Below, in pieces: positions 63,151-64,000 of a stretch of DNA of 64,000 nucleotides. Numbering within the stretch: position 1 is the stretch's first letter; each line of letters starts with the position of its first letter. The stretch comes from Phoronis australis (lineage: Eukaryota > Animalia > Phoronida). The translations under genes were made by a program, and so were the position numbers. Under the pieces are notes generated by a model. It was not told the origin of the DNA and ran no database searches. It saw nothing but the letters and a program-made list of their open reading frames with translations. The stretch covers positions 62,001 to 126,000 of the forward strand of contig NMRA01000042.1 in assembly GCA_002633005.1 (NCBI GenBank), given 5' to 3'.

Positions 63151-64000
63151 TTTGTTTCCCGCCAAAATGTTTTCTTACTAGTGAGATAACTAAAGGGGTT
63201 ATTACACGGTTGTATTTGCCATTCGAAGCTAATATTGTGGTATAAACAGTTTTATTTTACCTCACATGCACTTAAGTCTAAGGTATGCCAAAATTTGTAA
63301 TTAGGCGCGTGCCCTCAAACGCAAACCAATGAGTAAAACCATATTTGAAATTCAATTCTCAGCGCACCCCAGTGAAGACTGTTGCCGAAAACCGAGCTCA
63401 CTCAGTACTCCTAAGACTACTGTTCGTGTAGATGTACGTACGTGCATGCAGACTAGTTTCCGTCCAGATTTTAATTAAGAAGCAAATGTACGCTTGCTTT
63501 TCGTTTGGAAACTGTAGGCTTATGCTAACAACTAATTGGGAATTTCCAAAAACCACGCCCTTAAAAGACCGTCCCCGAACCAGAAATCATTCAAAAGAAG
63601 GCTGAAATTAGCATGAACTGGATTTTAGAAAGGTTTATGAAGTGACACTTTAAACTCAATTTATACATTTTAACTTATTTATTGTGATATTTATAATGAA
63701 GAACATCCCGCCAGTTTTCCCTGTTTTTCGTGAGGCCCTCAATACTCCATTATTACCCAATAATTTAAACTGTTAGATCGATTATTAACATTTGCCTTTG
63801 CGACGCTGAAAAATGATATGTTGGTTAAACGGTGACCACTCGTTCCAAACGCCGTATTACCATTCAAGAGTCTATTAAACGTAAGCCGTTACGTGCTTGA
63901 AGCTCACTGTAATATATTACTACAATACATTATACACTGTAACACTCTTGAAGAAGCCCACAATGAGACGGTATTTTCTTTGAACAACGAGAACAAGTGT

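Overview
Eukaryotic, intron-containing and transposon-rich animal genomic DNA. It looks like a marine invertebrate, possibly a lophotrochozoan, but that is an inference. The window has three scaffold gaps and several single-N contig joins. Three host genes are supported. (1) A small spliced minus-strand gene at about 4.3-5.8 kb, only partly visible in the ORF track, encodes a signal peptide plus a 6-Cys beta-defensin-like domain. (2) A class A (rhodopsin-like) orphan peptide GPCR has an intronless CDS at 26227-27360 (+). (3) A multi-exon minus-strand gene at about 45.3-58.3 kb encodes an atypical Notch-ligand-like protein: MNNL/C2 domain, a divergent DSL domain and about 33 EGF repeats, 32 of them in one 3.65-kb exon, with no transmembrane helix that I can find. 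The rest is largely decayed or non-autonomous DNA transposons (Academ, Kolobok/TTAA, Harbinger/ISL2EU-like THAP elements, 5-bp-TSD GC-rich MITEs), a Penelope-like fragment, a LINE tail, tRNA-derived SINE heads, hairpins and micro/minisatellites. Comparing duplicated segments inside the window shows TACATGTA-type motifs arising as insertions at TA sites, which matches Tc1/mariner excision footprints. All exon structures are manual splice predictions without transcript data.
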